A DNA stretch of 64,000 nucleotides, taken from positions 1,129 to 65,128 of the forward strand of contig JAHEBQ010000032.1 in the NCBI GenBank assembly GCA_024642205.1. The letters run 5' to 3'. Source of the stretch: Planctomycetaceae bacterium (lineage in GTDB: Bacteria; Planctomycetota; Planctomycetia; Pirellulales; Pirellulaceae). The notes under the pieces were generated by a model. It saw nothing but the letters and a program-made list of their open reading frames with translations. It made no database searches and was not told the DNA's origin. Positions within the stretch are counted from its first letter, which is position 1, and each line of letters starts with the position of its first letter. A program made the translations under genes and the position numbers. Of the stretch, positions 49,601 to 60,600 are shown one piece after another.

Positions 49601-49948
49601 TTCGATGATGCCCAGCAGGTAATCGCCCAGTCGCGGATGCTTGACTTTGAGCATTCTGGCAACCTGTTCCAGCCGACGGCTGTTCCAGATCCAGCGATGG
49701 CAGACCAACGGAAACCAGACCGCCAGCCCGATGGCCCCGGTTAACAGAATCGCCCAGCGAAGCCAACCGCCGGTATCATAGACTCGGTCGAGGGCAAACA
49801 CCACGAGGTAGGAAACCAGCAACCCGAACGCCGCGGCGCAGAGTCCTTCGGCCAGCTTGACCATCCAGATTCGTCGCTGGAATTTCTCCAATTTGAATCG
49901 AATGCGTTCGGGAATCTGAAGTCCCGGCTTTCCTGCAATTTGGCTCAT
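46637..49948 (-). CDS. DUF4175-like membrane-anchored coiled-coil protein with two in-frame UGA codons; candidate selenoprotein (U891, U896), 1103 aa
   Basis: ORFs 47276..49948 and 46637..47239 are the same frame: GAA CAG CTG GTC GGC CCT GGC TGA AAG GGG GGC TCG TGA CCG GGC TCA AAA GGT GGC AGT TTG CCA CCC; no other stop in 3312 nt; three N-terminal TM helices, Ig-like middle, coiled-coil C-terminus. Confidence 0.8.
47232..47248 (-). promoter_or_regulatory. Putative bacterial SECIS stem-loop
   Basis: mRNA GGUGGCA-GUU-UGCCACC: perfect 7-bp stem, loop starting with GU, stem begins 12 nt after the second UGA; loop is 19 nt from UGA2 and 34 nt from UGA1. Confidence 0.7.
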
Positions 49949-50385
49949 GCACGGATCCTATTAATAAACACAAGTCACCAACCAACGCTGATCCTTCCAG
50001 GGAACCATGTCTTTAATCCCAATCTTACTCTTAATTGCACTCTCAATCCTACACCCAATCCGCCAGCCGGTCGTCCGCCACCGCCACGAAAAACCGATCA
50101 AACGTGACCCAGTTTCGTTTTTTCATGTTGTCATTGGAAGTTATTCCACGTTCGGTGACAAAGTCGCACTTGAGATCCTGACGTCTGAGGTCCGGTTTGA
50201 AACACAAGTTTGGAATAGGAGGTAACGGAGGGACCGGGAATTTGAGGACAGGACTTTTCTTTGACGGCGCAAACCAAAACCAGGGTTCGTCACCACCGTC
50301 CTGCGCCTTGAAACTCGACGGAGTTTCAAAACCTGAGCCGTCGGCGTAAGCCCAATGGCGATTACTTTGGATTCCAGATCCCCCT

Positions 50386-50511
50386 TCGGGCGACAACAGT
50401 CGGGCAACAGCAATTGGGCGAAATCATTCGGGCGACAACAGTCGGGCGAAATCAATCGGGCGAATTCATTCGGGCGAATTCATTCGGGCGAAATCATTCG
50501 GGCGAAATCAA
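50386..50511 (+). repeat. Tandem repeat, 9 x 14 nt (TCGGGCGAAATCAT consensus)
   Basis: Counted units at 50386, 50400, 50414, 50428, 50442, 50456, 50470, 50484, 50498; no spacers. Confidence 0.92.
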
Positions 50512-50676
50512 GTTACCGTTTGCGGGCGCCCGCTGGATTTACTCCTTTGTTTCGGGCAACCCAAACGTCCCGAAGTCAAGCGAGCCTGTGTCTCCAAGCC
50601 GTCATTTTATTTCAGCATGGTTTTCCGATCGATGCATCAAAGACATCTCCTGGACCGTCACTCAATTCGGCGCATA

Positions 50677-50787
50677 TGGCCATTCACTCCGTATGTGGCC
50701 ATTCACTCCGTATGTGGCCATTCACTCCGTATGTGGCCATTCACTCCGTATGTGGCCATTCACTCCGTATGTGGCCATTCACTCCGT
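50677..50787 (+). repeat. Tandem repeat, 5 x 19 nt TGGCCATTCACTCCGTATG plus a sixth copy forming the hairpin left arm
   Basis: Five identical units 50677-50771 leading into GTGGCCATTCACTCCGTGAA...TTCACGGAGTGAAATGCCAC. Confidence 0.92.
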
Positions 50788-51621
50788 GAATGTGCGCTAT
50801 TTCACGGAGTGAAATGCCACTTAAGGATCAGGTCGCCGTGTCCAAAAACAAAAGAGCCGCGCACACAGGTCATGTCAAAACCAGGCTTGATATGTCCTGG
50901 TCATCTCCGTGTCGAAAAGAAACGACTGACGACTCGGACTCACGCCCGTTGTCCAACCTTGGCCAAAGCAAGTGCCATTGCGCCAACGCCCAACAATTCA
51001 TTGAAATCCACATTTTGAAATCCCCTCGAACTCATGTCCTTTCTTCTGTTTCCTCCAGTTCAAAACCCGTCGTTCGCGGATCGCGATTGCAGCAATTCAA
51101 CAGCTAACAGTGACGCAACCTTGAGAATCCGATCAGCACCGGGTCCTTTGTGACATGTCCGTGCACCTAACGATCGAACCACAAGGCCGTTGATCTGGCA
51201 CTTCGTCCGGGCGTTCCGCAACCTGCGATTGTTGTTTTGCACACCGACCCATCCGCCGGATCAAAAAGCCAACCGTTGTAGTTGAAAACCTGTCAATGGG
51301 GAAGACAATCTGTCATTTTATTCTGCAACTGGGGAAGCCTATTGGGGAAGGCTTAGGCGCACTGACTCGCTTTGCCAGCAAATTTCGGCCAAAAAACGCC
51401 CGATTTCGCACGGTTTCGTGCGGACTTGTGCGGCTTAAATGAATTTTTCCGATTCAGTAAATTTTGCTTGAAAATTACTTGCGTGATATTGAGGTCCAAA
51501 TAAGATAAGTCTCTGCACGCCTCGCGCAAGAGAAGCATCCTGCTTCGTGCGCCTGACTTTAACTGCGATAATCAACAGGTTTTTTTCCAAGTCACTTCCA
51601 AGAATCCACGAGGGCTCTTCC

Positions 51622-54600
51622 ATGTTCCGACGCAACAGCCGCTTATTTTCATCGATTTCACGTCACAGTCGTCGAGCCGCTAAGGCCTTGTTGAGAACCC
51701 ATCGTTCTGACGCCAAGTGGATGGCGAGTTACCGGGAGCGACAAAGTCGCGTTGCACGATGGAAGTCAGCGTTCTCGTTCGTCCCGCTTAACCTCTCACG
51801 CTTCCGCGCGTTCTGGGCCGCCATGACCACTCTCGTAGCCCGCATGATTCCGACGGTGAGGGTACCCGCAGCGGTCTCCAAAGGCCGCAACACAAACGGT
51901 TCGCGAGCCGGTTTGAAACTGGCGAACGCGATGGGATATGAGAACCTTGAGCCACGGCAACTGTTGGCGGCGCTGCCATTGAACGGTGGATTTGAGTCGG
52001 TATTCACGGGCACGACGGATGACTGGCACTCTCATGGCGGGAGTTCGGGCCAGAGTGGGTCCGTATCAGATTATCTGAACAGAATCACTCCTCAGCTCAC
52101 CGAGGGTTCCTATAAAGGCGTTATAAATATTGGCGGGAATCTTGATTCTGTCGATTATGGTAATACGGCCTTTTCTGATGTGTATTCTTCGGATCATTTT
52201 TCCGGGGTCATGGGAGCCGATTTTTCGCTGGAATATGATTTTAGTGCATATAGCGATAGAGGTGGCTATTCGGCAACGCTGGTTGGGCCGTCGACGTCGA
52301 TTGTCCTCAAAGCAATGAGTTCAAGTGAATTCGCCTCTGGTACGGGCGAGAGTGGTACTTATTCGGGTTTGCTCCCCGAAACCGGTGAATTTCATTTTGA
52401 ATTTCAGGTCGCTGCCCACGATGCAACCAACGGGGGAGCAATAGGTGCGCGCCTTTATCTGGATGATGTTAAAGTGAACTCTCCGCCGGCAACCACTTTC
52501 GATACCCTGGTAACGGGATCATATACTGAAGCGACATGGCCTGGCATGATCGATGGAACATCCACCGATCCGGACACGCCAACAGAGTTCGACTCGATCG
52601 CCTCCGTTGACTTGACCATTACCAAGTCGACCGGCGAAACCTGGGATGATGGCCTGGGTATGTGGACAGCCGCTCCCACTTCGACAACGATTACCGGTGG
52701 AGCATCGCCTTTAAGCTGGTCTGAGGCCTTTCCATTCTCCAACTTCAAGTCCAGCCTCGGTGGTGGAGCCGACATCTATACAATCGTGGCCAACGCCACC
52801 GACTCAAATGGACTTACTGAAACGACCGCCACAGCGGTTGTTACGATTGTCTTGAATGCGGATATCACCGCGGCTACTCCTGGAGCCTATGTAGACAATG
52901 GGGGCATTGCCGGAGGGTCGGACACATTAACAACGACTTCCACCAATCCAACGTTAACAATCTCCGATATTAGTGCCAGTCCAATATTGGGTGGTGGCAA
53001 GAATATCATTCTGGACAACACGTCCGGACTGGGAACGCCTGGTACCTATGACCCTGGTATCGATGGTGTTTATTTCGTTGCCAACCCAACACTTGGAGCT
53101 TCTTTCTCAAGTTCATTGAGTGGGTTCGGAATTACTTCGGCGCTGCCCATCGACACGACGACATATGATTTGTATGAGCAGAATGCCGCGATCAACCTGG
53201 CGGCTGGCCAGCCATTCGTTGGCGCACTGCTTTCGGATGCAATCGAAATCAAGGTTGTTCCGACCTTGACCTTTGGAGTCAACGAAACGGGGCCACAGGA
53301 AGACTTGCTGCCGTCGATCACCTTGATCAATTCGCAAGTCACGTTCTCGCTGGATGTGGCTTCGGCGACCGATACCACCATCACTTATATGATCGGCATG
53401 GCCGGTGACACTGCCACTGCCGGCGTGGACTATGAAGTTGATCCTTCGGACGAGAACTTCAATTTTGCGACTTCAGATCCAAATATCGTTCCGGTTCCCT
53501 ATCCGACCCTTGCGGGTGGAGCCTACATGGGAACGTTGATCATCAAAGCTGGAGTGACGGAACTCAAGCTCGACATCAACATGAAGCCTGACTTGATTTA
53601 TGAAGGTAACGAAAAGTTTACCGTCAAGGTGGTCAGTGTCGACTGCGCGGACGATGCCAGTTCCCCCATCGAAGTCACGATTCTGGACAATGAAGATGGT
53701 TCGGAAGTTTCGATTATGGCCCTGGATAACATCGCAGCTGAGTCGTTCCAGTTCCCGATGGGTAACAGCCTCAATGTCAACGGTTCCGACAGTGGCAATC
53801 CGATTTTCACTGACGACATTGTTTCCAATGACAATGGTGGTACGTCCGTGGATATGGTTCAGGACGCGTTTGAAGCCCCTGTTGGCGGCGGCGAAAACTC
53901 AATCTATATCACTCAGTCCCTGGCTGATGCCTTGGGAACGCCGACTGAAGAGGGGCTCCCCAACGGCGGCATGTTTGGTGCCAATGCGTTTGGCCCCGGA
54001 GCTGTGCTTTCCTACAACGACAACAACGACGGCGTCAATGCTCGGTTGACCTCAGGTGAAATTCCCGATGTGTTCCGGTTCGATGTTCTGGATCAGGAAT
54101 ACTCTGAAATCCACCTCTTTGGTGCGGCAGCCGATGGCCGAGCCCAGGTCAGCGTGCGGTTTTACTACACCGATGGAACCAGTGCGTTGGTAACTCATAC
54201 GTTTGAAGACTGGCGGGCAAGCATCAGTGAATCCACTGATCTTTACAACCTGGTTTCCGGGCGAGACACCTCAGATACCGCGGGAGGCGTTTTGGGTGAC
54301 ACAGAGGACGTGAACATCTACGGTTCGATCTACTATCCCAATCCGCTCCGGACTCTGAAGTTCGTCGAAGTCAGTGTGAACACGAGCGCGACTGACCTGT
54401 CCGGTAACCCGTTTGATGGCGGCACGTTTGCCTTCCTCGGTGCCAGTGGAGTCACCGCCAAGGGAACGATGGGTCAGTATGCCGTGAAACTGGATGTCGC
54501 ATTGGATGAAGATCTGGTGGTCGACATCGATACGACGACCGGCGATGCGGTCAACGGATTGGATTATTACCTTTCGGTCGAAGGGGACCCTGTCAATTTC

Positions 54601-57600
54601 CCCGGTGTATTCGATGTTGATTTGCCGAGCACATCAACCGTTCAGGTAACGATTCCGGCTGGCCAGTTGCAGCGATTGGTTAAATTGACGGTGATCGATG
54701 ACATGATCATTGAAGGTGGATTCGGCGATCCAGGGTTTGGCCACGAAGACGCCACGCTAACGATTGACGCGATAAGTGCAATTCCTGTGGTACCGAATCA
54801 ACCGACCATCGATACCACCGAAGCCACCGTCACCATCTGTGACGACGATGAAGGCAAGGTCCGCATTGAGACAATTAAAGATGCGGCCGAACCTGATGTT
54901 TCCGGCAAAATCAAAGTCACTCTGGACAAAAAGAACACAACCCAAACCGGCGAAACCACCAGCAGTTCCGATACGCTGATCATGGTGGATGTTGGTGGTG
55001 AAGCACTTCCAGGCGTTGATTACCAGACAAGCATTACAAGTACCAATGGCACGAGCGTCGCGACTGCCCAGCGAGTCGACGGTTTCTGGTCACGGAAGTT
55101 TGATCCCGATATCGCCAGCCCAACCAGTTGGGTGCACAATACCGTTCGCAGTGTCGCCACCGGCGGAAAAGAGTTCTACGAAGTCGTCCTGTACGCTGAC
55201 GGAAAAATTCGAGTCGACATCGACCATACCAATGGATTCGATTCACATGTCCGGATATTGGGAGCGACGGCGGTATTCGGTAACAACAACAGCGCGGTGA
55301 CTGATGGGGCGGGTGGAAGCACCAGTCCCCTGGATTCTTTCGGGACAACAGGCGTCCTCACGGCAGGCACCTATTACATCGAGGTTTCGCGGCATACCGG
55401 TCCCGACACTGACCCAACGAACTCAGCCAGGACAAGCGTTTTACAGGCCGGTGATGAGTACACCTTGCAGATTTCAATCGAAAACAACGAAGAAGGGATC
55501 CTGATTCCGGCTGGTCAGACGATGACCATGTTCAACATTGATCCGATCGACGATGACATCGTCGAAGGCGGGCTTGTCAATAACCCAGGCTCCGAAGACG
55601 TGGTCTTCACCATGACCGGGTTCAAATCCCAGGCCGATGGCGACATCATGGTCATGCAGGCCATGTCCTCAACGACCGTCGACATCGTGGACGACGATGA
55701 TGCCACGCTTAAAATTACGGGTACCCAAAACGGTCACGAAGATCCGGAATACACCGATCCACTGGTGAGCGTCGATGGAAAATTCACGTTGACGTTGAGC
55801 GATGAAAGCTCGACCGATACGAAAGTCAAATTCAAGATTGACAATTTCAAAAACACACCTGCGCCACCGACACCGGGAACCGAAGACATTCCGGATGAAG
55901 CCACGTATGGTTACGACTATACGCTTAGCGGCACTGACTCCAGTGGCAATCCGGTTGCTTTCACGGTTTTCACCAGTGGTGCCAATAAAGGCTATGGTTT
56001 CATCACTATTCCCGCTGGTGAAACGGAAGTCTGCATTAACGTCAACGTGATCAACGATAACTTTCTCGAAGACGACGAATTCGTCCGGATCGATGTGGTC
56101 GTCAGTGGCGACAACGTGCTCGATCCGAACATCATGGTAATGCCGGCGGCTGCTGGTATTCCGACGGTGCTGATCGGCGATGAAGATCTCGCGGAAGTCG
56201 CGATCAACAACACCGTCGGAGCCGTCGAAGGGGGACAGAAGGGTGTGTTCACCGTTTCGTTGACACCCGTTCAGTCACCGAGCAATCCGGTTCCGACGCC
56301 GCGAACTTCCGATTCTCACACGGATGTTGAATTCATGTTGATGTTCGCTGACACCGCGCCACAGGCTCAACTGCCGGCAGGGTTGGAAGATGGATCGATT
56401 CCGGATCCGTCCGATTACTTCCACATTACCGTCGGTGAAGGCAATGTGATCTCCTACGACTCGTCGACGGGTATCGGTGTCGTCCGGATTCCGGCTTATT
56501 CTGCTTCGGGCAAAATCCTGGTGACCGCCGTCGATGATACGATGGTCGAGCCGACCGAGTGGATCAAGATCAAGCTGACCGAGGTGATTGATGCCGACTC
56601 GGATGTGGTGGGTGTCAAGGCTGGATTCGATTCGGCGGAAATTCCGTTGTATGACAACGATGAAGCGTTTGTCAAAATTGAGCGAATTCATGATGGCAAA
56701 GAGCCAGACATGGACGGTCAATTCAAGGTCACGTTGGTCAATGCCGCCGGTCAAATGGTCACCACGGGAACCGACGTGGTTGTCTACTATGACACGCTCG
56801 ATTCGTCCACTGCCCAGGCTGGCGCTGCACCGGGGGATGGATTTAACATCGACTACGAAACATTGCCAGGTGAGGTAACGATTCTAGCAGGCGATTCAAT
56901 GGCATTTATCAATGTCCATGTATTGGATGATATTGTCAACGAATTCGACGAAACGGTCGATGTTCAGCTGACCGGAACCGACAATCCTGACCAGATTTCC
57001 GTTCAAACCATGAACGGAATGGATCAGGCTACCGTTTTGATTCAGGACAACGACAGCGTCGTCGTCATGATCGAAGCCTCCGACGCGATGGCTCGCGAAG
57101 CCTCCGATCACGGCCAGTTCAAGTTGTCACTTGTCAATCCCAACGGTGGCGGTCCAGCGATCAGCGACGGACCGATTGTGGTCAATGTAGATGTCGTCCT
57201 GGGGATGGGCCCCAACGCGGATGCCATCGAAGGGGAAGATTATGAATTGTACGTCAATGGCGAATTGACCCATACGGTCACCTTTGGTCCGTTCGAGACG
57301 ATGGCTTTCGTCGACGTGGTAGTGCTTAACGATGCCATTCCGGAATGGAGTACCGAGCAGGTCAAACTGGCCGTTTCCTATGTATCGTCCAACTGGAGTT
57401 TGTGCAGTACGGTCACGGCAGATGATGGAACCGCAATCGTCGACATCAAGGCCGACCCGGCCGTCACGGTTGACTTCTATAATATGATGGGAACCGAAGG
57501 CAGCGACACCAATCCATCGTTCATCGTTCAGCTACCGGAAATTTCCGGTGGACCGATGGATGGCCAATACAACCTGGCCGATGGCGATCTGACGGTCACC

Positions 57601-60600
57601 TACACGGTCTTTGTTGGCGATCCGGTCAACTACGGAACTCCAGGTGCGGACTACACCACGTTGACGGGAACGGTAGTCATTCCACAAGCCGATGGTTATG
57701 CCATCTTCGAAGTGGAAATGTTGGACGACATGACAATCGAACGTGACGAGTACGTATCGATCATGTTGGAGTCGGTCGCACCGACGGTTGGTACTGGTGA
57801 TCCAAACGACGCGGACGTGAAGATCCAGAAGGATCTGTACGGACTGAGGGAAAATGGTCGGTATTTGAGCACCATTGATCCCAATACCGGTATGGAACAA
57901 GAGTCTTTTGCAATTTCGATGGTGGATGGACGCACCAATGGCGATATCGACGGCGGCGAAGGCCTGGCCGTTGATCCGACGACCTGGAAGCTGTATGCGG
58001 TTCTGGAGTTCGACGGCACCTATGAGTTGGTGACGATCGATCCGGCAACCGGTTTGGCCACGACCGTGGGTGTCCTGGGTACCGATGGATCCGATCCAGG
58101 CGATTTCAACATCGACGATATCGCGTTCGATGCCAGCGGAAACCTCTTTGGAATTACCAACAACGATGCTGGACCGACCTCGGCCAACCAGCTGTTTTCA
58201 ATCGACAAGAACACCGCCGCGGTGACAACTGCGTCGGCAGTCCTTACGGGAAGCGAACAAACGATTGCCTACAGTCCTGTTGATATGAAATTGCATCATG
58301 TCGCCAACAACGGGAACCCGGGATACGAAACACTTGGTCCGGCGACGGGAATTCCGTTGTGGGGCTCAAGCCCCTCGTCGTTCTCCACTAATGTGACGGC
58401 GATGGTGCACGCTCAAACGGGTAACTTTGATGGCGATTTCTTCTTCGCTAGTGACGAAAACGGTTATTTTTATACCGTGACCGTTGCAGATTTTGACAAT
58501 GCGGACGGCGACGACGATCCGACGACCGGAACGCTGGAATATTCCGTAGAAAACCAGGGCTTGACCTATTACAACGAGGAAGGTCTCGCGTTCCTCAAGA
58601 GCAATGCTGCGGTCAAGATCAAGGACAACGATTCCGGATTTATCGAGGTCAAAGCCAAACAGAACAAGGGCGATGATCTGCAGGATGGCAGTGTCGATAC
58701 TGGTTTCAACGTCACGATCAAGAAGTTCGTCGATGGCCAGGCCAACGATCCGACCATTTCATCGACGGATACGACGGTCAAGTTCATGGTCATGGATACC
58801 GCGACACCGTTCCTCGGTGATCAAACCGAAGATGAGGGTCAAAGCTCAACGGGTCAAGATATCGACACCTACGGGTCTATGTATGGCGGATACGGTGGAG
58901 CGAATAATTGGTCGCTCAATGGTGCGGGCGTTCCGCATACGGTCGTTAACGGGGTTGGTGACGCAACAAGCGATATGTACACCTTCACCGTGCTCAACGA
59001 CGGCGATGCGGTTGATATCATGGCGACCGGTCCGGTCAGTGCCATGCAGCTGGAAATGGTCGGCGGTAGTGTGGTCGGCACCGGTGGCAGCTCGATTTCG
59101 ATCGCTCACGGAGTATTATCGGCCGGCACTTACAAGCTGACGGTGGTCGCCAGCGTTGGCGCGGATTACAGCGTTGATGTGGCGGTCGAAAATCACCTGA
59201 TCGCTGACTACGTCCTGACCAGCGACAACGAGCTTGTGTTTGACGAAAGCACGGGTCTGTGGTGCATCACCATTCCAGCCGGCGAAGAGTCGGTGATGGT
59301 CAATGTCGAAGTCTTCAACGATACGCAGATCGAAGAAACCGAAGAAGTTTCCCTGTGGCTCAAAACCGTCTCCGACGGTGATGAAGACATCAGCACGGGG
59401 CAAATCTACTTCGCTCAAAATGAATATTACTACTACTATGGGCCTGGGAACAATCCAGGAATTGGAAGAGTTGATGTCGGCGGATCCGGTTTGACCGAGA
59501 TCGTCGACACCCAGTACTACAACGGTTACTACAGCGCTCCGTGGGGAGTTTCGATTGACCAGGCAGAAGGCAAAGTCTACTGGTCGGAAGGTCGTTCAGA
59601 CTACTATGGCTATTCTGGCTATCAGACCGGAATATGGCGATCCAATCTCGATGGCAGCGATGTTGAATTGATTTATGGGACACCGGTGTCGCCGCATGGA
59701 TTGCAAGTCGTTGGTGACCAAGTCTATTGGGTTGATAATACATCGGCCGAAATCTTCCGGATAAACAAGGATGGTAGCGGTTCCGCCCAGTTGATTGTCG
59801 ATGTGAATTTCTATCAGGACGCTTACTATTACGGATACGCGCAGAACTTGACCGACATTGCGGTGGACAACGTTCATGGACGAATTTATTGGACGTCACA
59901 AGACAGTTTTGGCAGTCGTATTTCTTCTTCCAAATTGGATGGCACGGATGTCAAGGTGGTGCTCAACAACACCGACGTTTATTATCCGTCGTCAATCGAC
60001 CTCGATGTGGCCGGTGGTAAAATGTACTGGTCCGACGAGTATTACGGTGTCAGGCGTGCAAATCTCGATGGAACGAGTGTCGAGAGCGTGGCGTACGGCA
60101 ATTATTACAGCGCTCATGGAGTCGATCTGGACTTGATGAATGGCTTCGTTTATTGGACAGAAGGAAGCAATTCAAGCAGTTCCATCTATCGCGCGAACCT
60201 CAATGGACCTTTGCCAACATCGGGAGAGCTTGTCTCCAGCACGCTGTTTTATGGGAACCAAGGTTCTGAAGAACCCCAACATCTCGATCTGTTGATTCCG
60301 ACCATGATTCATGCGACGGTCGAGATCTGCGATCATGATCTTGGTGAGGTGTATGTCGTTTCCGATAACACGGAAATGGAAGCGATGGTTGATCCGGCTT
60401 CTGAGAATCCGCTCAATCACAAGGACATTGTGCTGGGGCTGCGTGACCCGGTTACGCTGACTCCGGTCACCAGCCAGACTTACACCCAGGTGAACTACAC
60501 CTACAAGGCTGAAAGCACAGCGACCAACGGATCGGATCACGCCTTCTTACCCGGCAGTACGTATTTCATGCCTGGCCAAAGTTCGGCTGTGCTTTTTAAC

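Larger units (their letters stand above)
50333..51000 (+). mobile_element. REPIN/MITE-like element, copy C, with two internal tandem expansions
   Basis: Left REP 50333-50352; core aligns with copy A; hairpin 50771-50820; right end degenerate near 51000. Confidence 0.75.

Noticed and set aside
50386-50790. CRISPR array
   Set aside because: Units are 14 and 19 nt, directly abutting with no unique spacers; no cas genes; they derive from sub-motifs of the REP element
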